A DNA stretch of 32,000 nucleotides from Geotalea uraniireducens Rf4 (GTDB lineage Bacteria > Desulfobacterota > Desulfuromonadia > Geobacterales > Geobacteraceae): NCBI RefSeq assembly GCF_000016745.1, contig NC_009483.1, positions 2,970,001 to 3,002,000 on the forward strand, read 5' to 3'. Positions 14,560-23,818 of the stretch are shown in pieces; position 1 is the first letter of the stretch; every line of letters starts with the position of its first letter. The notes under the pieces are model-generated. The model saw only the letters and a program-made list of their open reading frames with translations. It made no database searches and was not told the origin of the DNA. The translations under genes were made by a program, and so were the position numbers.

Positions 14560-16122
14560 TCAAAGAGCCATTCTGCGCTTGAAAATGGCCCAGGCCACAC
14601 TCAGGTCCATGACCAGAAAATGAATTGCCAGCAGGGAAATGGGAATGATCATTATGCCCGCAACAAGAAGCGATCTGCGTCTTCTCAGCTGCCGTTGCTG
14701 ATCCTGCCAGGTGACGATTTCAGGAATGGCGGCAAGCACGGGATACATGGTTGCCTTGGCCAAGACCTCCATGCTGTGCACTGATTTGTCGCCGGTTTCG
14801 CGAATGGTCGCAACGCCTACCCCGCTGCCGATCCCGAGAATCAGGCCGATCAGCATGATAACCGGCACATTGGGACTCACCGGCTTTTCAGGTAGCCTGG
14901 CCGCATCGACGATGGTGAACCGTTCGCCCATCTGCTCTTTCTCCAGGCCGTGGGCGACCTTGGCTTCCAGAAATTTTTTCGAAAGATCATCGTATTTCAA
15001 CTGCATGTTGTTTCGCTCGACCATCAGGTTTTTAAACCCTTCCTCAACCTTCGGCGCAGCCTGAATCCGTTTGCGGTAAGAATCACGCTTGTCGTGAAAC
15101 TGTGCAAGCTGGCGTTTCACCGAGTCGATTTCCGACTGGGCGGCGGCCAGTTGGGAAGCCAGATTAATATAGTTCGGATTATCGGCACGGATAGACTTTA
15201 CATCTCCGCCGACTGTGTGGAGCTGCTTTTCCAGAGTCGCAATCTCCTGCTGAAGTTTTTTTACATCGGGGTACTCATCGGAGAAGCGGCTCTTCAGGTT
15301 CACCAGTTTCGCTTTCAGATCATTGAGGCGGGTCTTGTCCTGATTCTCGTCTTCGGGCGTGATGTTCGCAAGCTGGCTCCGCAGGTAACCTTCCTTCTCC
15401 TTCAGGGTGCGCAACTGGTCATTGAACTGGATAATGCTACGCTCCACCTGGTCCAGCTCCGACAGGTTGGTTTGAACCAGTTCCGGCAGGGAATTCAGGT
15501 TTCGCTGCTTATAAGCGGAAATCTGCGCTTCAAACCCGACCAGCTTCGCCTGCACGTCCTTCATCTCGTCCTCAAGAAACTTCGAAGTCCCCGACGTGGA
15601 TTGCTCACGCACCTTCAGGTTCTCTTCCAGATAAAGGGAAGCCAGGACGTTGGCGATCTGCTGGGCAGTCGCAGGGTTCCTGGCTGAGTAAGACAGGGAA
15701 AAAGCGATGGTGGCCTGAGTCGCCCGGCCGGTACGGCGATCTATGACATCGGCGCTGATCGTATCGAACTTGATGTCCTTGCGCATCTTCTCGATCATCT
15801 CTTCCGTCGTTATTTTGTCCTTGATGTCCGCGTAGAGATTGAAACGATTGATGATCTCCAAAAGCCTCGTGGAACTCATGATGCGCTGGTTGAGCACCTG
15901 CAGCCGCTGTTCGGCAAAGCTCGTCACCGTGGTGGCAACCATCTCGGGAGGGATCTCCTGCTCCTCGATCAGAATGGTCGTGGTGGAGCGATAGATCGGC
16001 GGCAGGATAAATGCCACGCTCACTGCAACAAGAAAGAGCGCTGCCGCCGGCAGGAGCAAGCTCCACTTCCTCCGCTTCAGAATATCCATAAGATCGTGTA
16101 CCGTCATATTGCCTGTTGTCAT
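14560..16122 (-). CDS. polysaccharide chain-length determinant (Wzz/GumC family, PEP-CTERM-locus type)
   Basis: 520 aa. N-terminal TM followed by ..PPIYRSTTTILIEEQ.. (Wzz motif), a long coiled-coil periplasmic region, and a C-terminal TM pair. Sits next to the BY-kinase-like ATPase. Confidence 0.8.
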   Translation of the reverse strand: MTTGNMTVHDLMDILKRRKWSLLLPAAALFLVAVSVAFILPPIYRSTTTILIEEQEIPPEMVATTVTSFAEQRLQVLNQRIMSSTRLLEIINRFNLYADIKDKITTEEMIEKMRKDIKFDTISADVIDRRTGRATQATIAFSLSYSARNPATAQQIANVLASLYLEENLKVREQSTSGTSKFLEDEMKDVQAKLVGFEAQISAYKQRNLNSLPELVQTNLSELDQVERSIIQFNDQLRTLKEKEGYLRSQLANITPEDENQDKTRLNDLKAKLVNLKSRFSDEYPDVKKLQQEIATLEKQLHTVGGDVKSIRADNPNYINLASQLAAAQSEIDSVKRQLAQFHDKRDSYRKRIQAAPKVEEGFKNLMVERNNMQLKYDDLSKKFLEAKVAHGLEKEQMGERFTIVDAARLPEKPVSPNVPVIMLIGLILGIGSGVGVATIRETGDKSVHSMEVLAKATMYPVLAAIPEIVTWQDQQRQLRRRRSLLVAGIMIIPISLLAIHFLVMDLSVAWAIFKRRMAL

Positions 16123-16157
16123 GCACTGTTCCTCAATTGATTTTAGGGTGGAAAATT

Positions 16158-17423
16158 CTATTGCTCAAAAAACGGATAGCGAAAATTCAGGGTCAGCATG
16201 ATCGAATTACGATTCACCCGAACATCGCCGGACGTCTGACGTGAATTGATCCCGACAAAATGGTAATTACCGCTAAGATCCACGTCCTTCGTGAATTCAT
16301 AGCGAAAGCCGGGACTAATGTCGATGGTCTTCTCGTCAATCGTTTGATTCGAAAACTGCCGCTGATCGGACTGATTCAAATAGGCGCCGGCGTTTAGCGT
16401 TCCCCACATGCCGTAGCTGAAACGGCGCGCCATATTGAACGTCACTGCCGTGCGTTCGGCGGTACCGGAGCGGCCGGAGGCGGAAGTCACGTCCCGGTAG
16501 AAGGTAAGTCTTCCCTTTGTCAACTCGCCGTGATAGGCGAGCGCAAGCTGGCCGATCCACCCCGCGTTCGTGTCCACTGTTCGCAAGGTAATGTTCCTGA
16601 AGGTCGGGAAAAAATCAACCTGGGTGGTGGATTCGATCATCGATTGGGTAATTCGCCCGCCAAGTGATGCAGAGACCGTCCAGAGCTCGTTCAACTCTCC
16701 CTGTAATCCGGCCGACACTGTATAATTATCAACCTGGGAGCTGGTGAAGAGGTAACGGGTAAAACCTGCCGTCAGTTGACCCTTGATATTCGGCACCAGA
16801 TAGGCAAGGTCATGGTCAAGCCCAAGGGTTACCGCGTGGGATGTGATATCTATTAAGCTCGGGTCAAGGTAATGGTCTTTACCGTAGTTGTAGGAAAAGG
16901 ACGCGCCGGTTGTCTCGGTGAGCATGTGGCTGCCGGCCAGCGAGTATGCTGTGCGGTCACGCCTCACGGTATTGAACGTTTCCAGGATCGCCAGTCCGCT
17001 CATGCCGATATCCCGGTCAGCACGGGATTCCTGGACTAGTTCGGCACTCGCCTCCATGCTTGTACGGGGGTGCAACTGGTAGTGCAGTCGCCCCTTGTAC
17101 CCCCGATCGAGAGAGTCGAGTCGACTATTCGCCGCATAATGGATGCTGTCAAGACGCGCCAGCAGATTGAGGTTCAGCCGCTCCGTTCGCTCCATCAGTT
17201 CCAACCCCGGCGAAATGGTGGTAATAAAAGTGCTGCGCTTGTCTCTGCTCGCATAGAACACGTTGTCGTTATATTCTTCCTTCAGCGCGGCAGAAGGCGT
17301 GACGGTAAAATCATCTCCCCATGAAAACCCATGCAGCAACATTACGATACATGCAGTATGTAAAAGGCAGAGGAACAACCGACCGCGATCGATGCCGGAG
17401 GTGGTGCAACAGGGAACTTTCAT
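16158..17423 (-). CDS. putative outer-membrane beta-barrel protein (PEP-CTERM system-associated type)
   Basis: 421 aa. N-terminal hydrophobic signal, alternating beta-strand-like pattern rich in Y/G/T/S, aromatic-rich C-terminus (..LNFRYPFFEQ). Position between the export protein and the chain-length determinant matches known PEP-CTERM loci. Confidence 0.55.
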   Translation of the reverse strand: MKVPCCTTSGIDRGRLFLCLLHTACIVMLLHGFSWGDDFTVTPSAALKEEYNDNVFYASRDKRSTFITTISPGLELMERTERLNLNLLARLDSIHYAANSRLDSLDRGYKGRLHYQLHPRTSMEASAELVQESRADRDIGMSGLAILETFNTVRRDRTAYSLAGSHMLTETTGASFSYNYGKDHYLDPSLIDITSHAVTLGLDHDLAYLVPNIKGQLTAGFTRYLFTSSQVDNYTVSAGLQGELNELWTVSASLGGRITQSMIESTTQVDFFPTFRNITLRTVDTNAGWIGQLALAYHGELTKGRLTFYRDVTSASGRSGTAERTAVTFNMARRFSYGMWGTLNAGAYLNQSDQRQFSNQTIDEKTIDISPGFRYEFTKDVDLSGNYHFVGINSRQTSGDVRVNRNSIMLTLNFRYPFFEQ

Positions 17424-17445
17424 GGCAATCTCTCAGCTGACCCGG

Positions 17446-18063
17446 TCAAGGAACGACAATGACATCGCCCCGATTAAGCCTGATATTCTCCTCCGGACGG
17501 TCCCCCTCGACAACATCGTTGTAACGAAACGGTATGATCTTTGTTTTATCCCCTTCCTGGCGGAAAATCTTGACCTTGTTCTTGCCGGCGAACGGATTGA
17601 AGCCGCCCGCCATGGCCAGAGCCTGCATAACTGTGATATTCGAATTATAGGTAAAGCGTCCGGGACTGTTAACGCGGCCGAGCACATATACCACCAGGCT
17701 GTTCAGCTGCTTCACTTCAACCGAAAGGACCAGGTCCTGAACATAGCGTTTGAGCTTTTCCTCAGCCTCCACTTTCAGTTCGGCCAACGTCTTGCCGGCC
17801 GCCTTCATCTCACCGATCAGGGGAAACGAGATCGTCCCGTCCGGGAGCACGACAACCGTCCTGGTCAGGGCGTCATCTTTCCAGACCGAGATGTCCAGAA
17901 CATCCCCCGGTCCGATAATGTAATCCGGATAGACAAACATCGGCCGCAGTTCGGCCTGCTCCTGGGAAGCTCCGGGCTGAGCCTCTTCGGCAGCCGCTAC
18001 GCAGGGAACGGTGAATGCTGAGAGCATTGTGATATAGAGGAGTGCTTTTTGTATTGGCGTCAT
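17446..18063 (-). CDS. periplasmic polysaccharide export protein (Wza/EpsE-like Poly_export + SLBB)
   Basis: Signal peptide. ..YIIGPGDVLDISVWKDDALTRTVVVLPDGTISFPLIGEMKAAGKTLAELK.. is the classic Poly_export motif. Confidence 0.8.
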   Translation of the reverse strand: MTPIQKALLYITMLSAFTVPCVAAAEEAQPGASQEQAELRPMFVYPDYIIGPGDVLDISVWKDDALTRTVVVLPDGTISFPLIGEMKAAGKTLAELKVEAEEKLKRYVQDLVLSVEVKQLNSLVVYVLGRVNSPGRFTYNSNITVMQALAMAGGFNPFAGKNKVKIFRQEGDKTKIIPFRYNDVVEGDRPEENIRLNRGDVIVVP

Positions 18064-18333
18064 TTGGTCGTTCCCGGCTAATTAATTGATTTGTATTTCA
18101 TCTTAGTGCTTGCAGCGTTTTAGACAGCTGTCGTGAACCGGCTCGGCATTAACGTTATTGCTCCGATGGCTAAACATGTAAAACACTGGGGTATGGCAGG
18201 TGCTGCCCTGCCAGATTGGGCGAGGCAAGCCTCGCCCCTACCATTGATATGTTTAACCACCGAAACAATAAAATACGCGGCTTCGGTTACAATTCATCAA
18301 CAGCTGTATGAATTATTGGTTAAGATCGACGCA

Positions 18334-20523
18334 TTACCTGACCAGCGCCAAAGTTTTCACTGCCTCGTCCCGGCCCGGAAACCATTCCTTACCTGCCAGC
18401 GCCCTGTCCAGGGACTCCTTTGCCAGGTCGCGTTTGCCTGATTTTTGGGATACCATCCCCAGATGATAATTCATCACCGGATTGTCTTTCCCCTTGGCCA
18501 GGGCTTTGCGGAGATGTTCCTCAGCTTTCCGGTTATCCCCTTTCCTGTAGTATATCCAGCCGAGGGTATCCAGCACCGTCGCATCATCCGGGCGTATCGC
18601 CTGAGCCTTTTGCGCCAGACTGAGCGCCCTGTCCAGGTCCTTTGGCGTGCCGTATTCGCAGAGGAGGAATGACAGATCATTGGCGGCCGTCCATAGGTCC
18701 GGCTTCAACTCCAACGCCTTGCTGTATGCCTGATCGGCCTTCGGCAGATTTTTCTGCGCACCGTAGAGTTGTCCCAGCAAGGTATAGGCAACAGCATCTT
18801 TCGGATTCGAGCGTATCCGGGCATCGAGCAGCGCAACGGCCGCGTCCCCTTTGTTCAGGCGCAGATAGGCTTGCATCAGGGAAGAGAGGAAACTGGTTGC
18901 CCGGGGGTTGATCTGCAAGGCCTTTTCCAGCTCTGCTGCCCCCCTCGCCCATTTCCCTTCCAGCATGTAAAGTTCACCCAGCTTCACATAGGCAAGGGGT
19001 ATCTGGGGAACTTTGCGCTTGAGGTCGGCATATTCCGATTCGGCTCGCCCGAAATCACGAGCTGCCACAAATACGTCGCCGAGGTCGCTTCTGGCTTCCA
19101 TGTCGCCGGGGTATTTCCGGACAAGCTTGCGCAGTTGCTCCTCCGCCTTCCTGAAATCCTTTTGCATGGCGTAACTGCGGGCCATGGCGCGCTGCACATC
19201 GCTTGATTCCGGATCGACCTTCAACGCATTCTGCAGGGTGTCGTTCATCAAGTTCATCTCCCGGTTCAGGGCATGGGCCTCCGCCAGGCGCAGGTATCCC
19301 TGAATGGACTGGGGCTGCTCTGCGACAACGGTGCGAAATTCCGCAACGGCATTAACCCCGTCATTCTTCAAAAGGGCAATGCTCCCTTTGAGGAAATGCC
19401 CGTCCACGTTCTTCGGACTGGCCTTAATCACCTCATCGACATATTTCCCGGCTTCAACCAGATCCTGACCGGCCAGGTATATCTTGGCCAGGGCGTTTTT
19501 TGCCTGGATAACCTCCGGATTTTTAGCATCCTTTTCCAGGGTCAGACACTCCTTCAAACAGACAATGGCCTGGTCCGCCCTGTCGCTGCCCGCATAAAGA
19601 TCACTCAGCGCAAAGCGGAGTTTGAAGCTTTTTCCGATCTGCGCAACGCCGTCTTTCAGCAGACGCTCGGCATCATCGGGAAGGTTTCTGCCCAGATAGA
19701 ATGCAGCCACCTGCAACCGCCGCTCCTCATCCTTCGGCTCACCGGCTACAAGACTTTTCAGCAGCGACTCCCCCTTCTCCCGATTACCGGAAGCCCAGTA
19801 GAGACCTGCCAGGTTCAGGCTGTGGCTGATATTTTTCGGCTCAAGGACGATAACCTTCCGGAGCAGGGTTTCCGCCTCGCCGGACCGCTTCGTCCCGGCA
19901 TACAGCTCGGCGAGGGCAAGATTCAACTCAACAGATGCGCCGTTGGCTTCCAGCCCTTTCCGCAGTGCCGTTTCAGTTCCGGACATATCCCCTTTCAATC
20001 GGGCAATTGAGGCAAGCAGTAAAAATGCGTCGGGCTTGCGCACCCCCCCGCCGATAACCTCCTCCAGGTAGAGCCGGGCTTTGTCCAGTTCCTTCCCGGC
20101 TACCAGCGCAGCCCCCTTCAATAGTTGACCATCCTCGTGGCGGGGATTTTCCTTTAGTATCAACTCCGCCTTTTCCATCGCCTTGTCCGCCTCCCTGACC
20201 GCCAGGAACAGTTTTCCCATCTGGTACTGGGCGTCCAGATTATGGGGATTGAGCTCGATGGCCTTGTTGAAACCGCCATAAGCACCCTTAAGGTTGTTCC
20301 GCTTCAGTTCAACCAAACCAAGCATGTAGTAGGCATCCGCAAATTTCGGGTCAATCTGGACGGCATTGCGGAATTCAAGATTGGCCTTCACATAGTCGCC
20401 CTTTTCATAAAGAGCCTTCCCCTTATCGAAGAATTTCTTCTTTTTTTCTTCCGGACCGCTGCAGGCAAAAAGCTGCGTGAGCAGCAGCAACAAGCAGAGC
20501 ACTTTAACCGAACGAAGCTTCAT
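18334..20523 (-). CDS. TPR-repeat lipoprotein (PrsT-like, PEP-CTERM system)
   Basis: 729 aa. Lipobox ..LTQLFACSG. Wall-to-wall TPR repeats (A..Y..LG..Y....... pattern throughout). Strong SD AGGAGGA upstream. Confidence 0.75.
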   Translation of the reverse strand: MKLRSVKVLCLLLLLTQLFACSGPEEKKKKFFDKGKALYEKGDYVKANLEFRNAVQIDPKFADAYYMLGLVELKRNNLKGAYGGFNKAIELNPHNLDAQYQMGKLFLAVREADKAMEKAELILKENPRHEDGQLLKGAALVAGKELDKARLYLEEVIGGGVRKPDAFLLLASIARLKGDMSGTETALRKGLEANGASVELNLALAELYAGTKRSGEAETLLRKVIVLEPKNISHSLNLAGLYWASGNREKGESLLKSLVAGEPKDEERRLQVAAFYLGRNLPDDAERLLKDGVAQIGKSFKLRFALSDLYAGSDRADQAIVCLKECLTLEKDAKNPEVIQAKNALAKIYLAGQDLVEAGKYVDEVIKASPKNVDGHFLKGSIALLKNDGVNAVAEFRTVVAEQPQSIQGYLRLAEAHALNREMNLMNDTLQNALKVDPESSDVQRAMARSYAMQKDFRKAEEQLRKLVRKYPGDMEARSDLGDVFVAARDFGRAESEYADLKRKVPQIPLAYVKLGELYMLEGKWARGAAELEKALQINPRATSFLSSLMQAYLRLNKGDAAVALLDARIRSNPKDAVAYTLLGQLYGAQKNLPKADQAYSKALELKPDLWTAANDLSFLLCEYGTPKDLDRALSLAQKAQAIRPDDATVLDTLGWIYYRKGDNRKAEEHLRKALAKGKDNPVMNYHLGMVSQKSGKRDLAKESLDRALAGKEWFPGRDEAVKTLALVR

Positions 20524-20630
20524 AATTCTTTCCTCCTGATTTGGGTAAATCCCCGTACGACTGAATTGAACCGACAGAAGCGCCGTTTTGGCCTGACGGG
20601 ATTGAACATAATTACTTATCGCCGAGTACC

Positions 20631-22259
20631 TTATCCGACCGCAAGCACGACCAATGAAAGCACCGTGACCAGAGCAACTTTGTCGACCCTCCAGCGCAAC
20701 TCCGCCAGCAGCACCTCATAGCTGAAATAAAGCATGATGATCTTGGCCGCCACCAGCCCGAGATGATAGTTTTGGAAGTGCTGGTCCGGCAGATTAGGCA
20801 CGAGCACCGCAATGAAGAGGATAAGGAAATCCAACGGGGTATTCTTGAACCCTTCCCGGCGGCGCGTGAACTTGGAGACGATTATGATCAGCAGGGCAAA
20901 GACGGCAAACGATGCGTTATACAGGCGAAGCGCACTCCCATCCAGCCATTGCGGCAGCGACCTGTCACTCAGAAAAACCGAAAACGGGATCAGGAGATAG
21001 AGGGTAAACCTGAGCAGACTGGCCATCAGCTCCTTATTTATGCTTCTGGCCAGCAGGATGACGACGGCAAAAATCAGTGCAGCTCTGGAGATGTATGTGG
21101 GCACCTCCCGGGGCAACATGCAGGTAAAAAGCAGCAGCAGCGGTACGCCGAACTCGAAGATACGGAATGCATACCGGATGATGACCCCATCATCCCGCAG
21201 CTTGCGCAGGCGACCGACGATTACGATATCGAACAGATCGTAGCGCTTGATGCGCCAGCCGGTTTTACCGGCATGATGAAAGGCGGCAAGGATGCCCAGG
21301 GAAAAGAGCAGGTAACCGCAGAGCAGCAGCCAGTCCGGATAGAAACGAAAATAATAGGCAGAAACCACCAGGATGACCTGGAAGAGATAGATGACCAGCA
21401 CGGCTTCAGGATGGCGCAGCCCCAAGGCCATCAGGTTGTGGTGGAAATGATTTTTGTCGGGCGCAAAGGGGGAGCGCCTCTGGACCATCCGGGTCAGCAT
21501 CACCGTCAGGGTATCGAGCACCGGAAACCCGAGGATTATCAGCGGCAGCAGCGGACTGAGGGGGGTATTTCCCTGGGTCAGGGAGAGCGCCAGCACAATT
21601 GCCGAATAGCCGAGAAACTGGCTGCCGGCGTCTCCCATGAAAATTGAGGCCGGGTGGGTATTGAAACGGAGAAAGCCGAAAATCACCCCCGCCAGGGAGA
21701 GGGCGATCAGACCGATCTGGCCATTGCCTACCAGGTAGGCGAGGTAACTGATGCAGCAAAAACTGAGCAGGCAGATGCCGCCGGCCAGACCGTCCAGTCC
21801 GTCGGAAAGGTTGATGGCGTTGGTGACCCCAACGATGGCAATGACCGTCAAAGGAACGGCCAGCCAGCCGGGAAGAAGGAGGTTGTCCGAGAACAACATC
21901 CCCAGGCTGCTGATGGTAACCCCGCCCCAGAATACGGCAATGAGCGCCGCAATGAACTGCCCCGCAAACTTGATGCGTGGGGAAAGCTCTCGAAAGTCAT
22001 CGATCAGGCCAAATACTACCAGCACCCCGGCGCCGAACAGATATGCCTGGACAAAGCTACCGGCGCGGTTCCAGTACAGGATCGGCGCGAACGCGCCCAA
22101 GGCCATGGCAACACCGCCGATGCGCGGAACCGGGATAGTGTGGACCTTCCGTTCATTGGGAATGTCCACCACATTGGCGCTGATGGCCAGCCTGCTGAAG
22201 ACCGGTATCAGCGCAATGGTGATGAGAACCGACATTAGCAGGGTTGAGAGAAAGATCAT
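20631..22259 (-). CDS. WecA/MraY-family polyprenyl-phosphate sugar-1-phosphate transferase with an extra C-terminal membrane domain
   Basis: ..DIPNERKVHTIPVPRIGGVAMALG.., ..NAINLSDGLDGLAGG.. and ..IFMGDAGSQFLGY.. are Glycos_transf_4 motifs. At 542 aa it is about 180 aa longer than typical WecA. ATGA overlap with the exosortase stop (22256-22259). Confidence 0.8.
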   Translation of the reverse strand: MIFLSTLLMSVLITIALIPVFSRLAISANVVDIPNERKVHTIPVPRIGGVAMALGAFAPILYWNRAGSFVQAYLFGAGVLVVFGLIDDFRELSPRIKFAGQFIAALIAVFWGGVTISSLGMLFSDNLLLPGWLAVPLTVIAIVGVTNAINLSDGLDGLAGGICLLSFCCISYLAYLVGNGQIGLIALSLAGVIFGFLRFNTHPASIFMGDAGSQFLGYSAIVLALSLTQGNTPLSPLLPLIILGFPVLDTLTVMLTRMVQRRSPFAPDKNHFHHNLMALGLRHPEAVLVIYLFQVILVVSAYYFRFYPDWLLLCGYLLFSLGILAAFHHAGKTGWRIKRYDLFDIVIVGRLRKLRDDGVIIRYAFRIFEFGVPLLLLFTCMLPREVPTYISRAALIFAVVILLARSINKELMASLLRFTLYLLIPFSVFLSDRSLPQWLDGSALRLYNASFAVFALLIIIVSKFTRRREGFKNTPLDFLILFIAVLVPNLPDQHFQNYHLGLVAAKIIMLYFSYEVLLAELRWRVDKVALVTVLSLVVLAVG

Positions 22260-23818
22260 ATACTGCTCTTGACCACGAATAGTTGCACTGTTGAAGCCAG
22301 GTCACGGACAACCTGATCCATGCGTTTTTCTCCGTTTTCAATGGATTCCTGTGGAAGCAGCGTAGTTATGGGACGAATGAAGAGGTCATGGGTATTGTCA
22401 CGTTGAATGGCATGCAGGGCCAAATGAAAGCGGTTGATGTTTTTGTCGTGTGTCGCCCGATTCTTGGTCTGGAACCAGAAGTAGACCATCTGCCGTGTGC
22501 CCATGGATTCGATCAGCATTTCGCTGACGGTCAGGGTCCCCCAAAAAGGGACGCTGGTGATGGTTCGGGTTGTCGTCTTGAGTTGTTTCCAGCCGGAAGA
22601 CGGCAGACAAACTGTCGGGCTATGGAAAAAATTCTCATTCTCCAAAAAAGCCGTACTCCGGTAACCAAGGTAAATGGATAGCGGTTCGTCTTTGCTGTTT
22701 TTATACTGACCGCTGAAAGATTCCTCTGCCCCGGACAGTGCAACAATAGTCGGGTCGATAAAATCCGCCCGGCCTTTCCAATCGGCAAAAACCAGCGGAA
22801 ATGATGCTATGCCCCCTTTAAGCTTGACCGGCGGCAACGCATGGGTGCTCCAGCTCATCATCCCTACGACCAGCAGCAATCCTACAGCAGTGATGAATAT
22901 GCGGTTACCGGAGTGATTTGGCGCTGGACGGCCTGCGCAGGATGCATCGGAGGTAATGCCTTTTTTCTTTCTCTCTTTTTTGGGCGGGAAAAAGGCAAGC
23001 ATTCTGCCGAGCAGATAAAGTACGACAAACGAAACCATGAACAACACCCAGCCGGTGAAATCATGGAAAAAACCTTCAGCCACCGAAGGGCCGAATCTGC
23101 TGGCAAGGATACCGGTAAGCCCGATCCTGAAAGCGTTTAACAACAATGCTATCGGCAAGGTGGCGACGATACAAACGATACGTTTCCAGGCGGCTTGCTC
23201 AAAAAAATAAGCGTACAGGACGCCGAGAGCTATGAGGGGAAACAGATAGCGCAACCCGTTACAAGCATCAACAACCTGCAGTTGGGTCACGCCAAGATCA
23301 ATAATATTTCCGCTGACATGAACCGGGATGTTGAGCAGGCTGATCATCGCTCCGCCCAAAGTTGTGGATATGGACTTGAGGAACATCCCGAGTGTCCGTT
23401 CCAGGACAGCCGGAACGGGAACCATGAAAATCAGGAAACCGAGAGGGAACACTACTGCTTTCGTCAGTTCCAAACCGAAACAGAACGCAACAAACAGGAT
23501 GATAAGCACCGGAATGAGCGGCATCGAAATATTGCCGCTCGACCCGAGTATCCCGTAGAGAGAGATGACAATGCATAATAGCAATACCGGTAGCACCAGC
23601 CAGGATCCTCTCAGCCCGGCCTGATTGATGGCCGTCCGTTTTTCCCACAAAAGATACGCAGCAAGCGGCGGGATCATCAGGCCATACGAATAATCGTCAT
23701 TGTTCAGCCACGTGTGCACGATGCCATGCAAAGGGACCCAATATGCTGCAATAAAAAGTAAAGACAGGACGGTTATCTTGAAACGGTTGTCGGAAAGGAG
23801 CCTGGTAAACATTTCCAT
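22256..23818 (-). CDS. exosortase (EpsH/XrtA-like) fused to a C-terminal EpsI-family domain
   Basis: Preferred start is ATG 23818, overlapping the radical SAM stop (TGATG); the track start 23929 would overlap that gene by 112 nt. ..NNDDYSYGLMIPPLAAYLLWEKR.. and ..VVDACNGLRYLFPLIALG.. are exosortase motifs. The last roughly 200 aa (..FADWKGR..SIYLGYR..HSPTVCLPSSGW..) look EpsI-like. Confidence 0.8.
   Translation of the reverse strand: MEMFTRLLSDNRFKITVLSLLFIAAYWVPLHGIVHTWLNNDDYSYGLMIPPLAAYLLWEKRTAINQAGLRGSWLVLPVLLLCIVISLYGILGSSGNISMPLIPVLIILFVAFCFGLELTKAVVFPLGFLIFMVPVPAVLERTLGMFLKSISTTLGGAMISLLNIPVHVSGNIIDLGVTQLQVVDACNGLRYLFPLIALGVLYAYFFEQAAWKRIVCIVATLPIALLLNAFRIGLTGILASRFGPSVAEGFFHDFTGWVLFMVSFVVLYLLGRMLAFFPPKKERKKKGITSDASCAGRPAPNHSGNRIFITAVGLLLVVGMMSWSTHALPPVKLKGGIASFPLVFADWKGRADFIDPTIVALSGAEESFSGQYKNSKDEPLSIYLGYRSTAFLENENFFHSPTVCLPSSGWKQLKTTTRTITSVPFWGTLTVSEMLIESMGTRQMVYFWFQTKNRATHDKNINRFHLALHAIQRDNTHDLFIRPITTLLPQESIENGEKRMDQVVRDLASTVQLFVVKSSI

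Noticed and set aside
20586-20607. tRNA 3'-end-like string on the minus strand (GTTCAATCCCGTCAGGCC) that could mark an integration att site.
   Set aside because: There is no complementary 5' T-stem or acceptor strand, no second copy in the window, and no integrase nearby. It is probably a chance resemblance.
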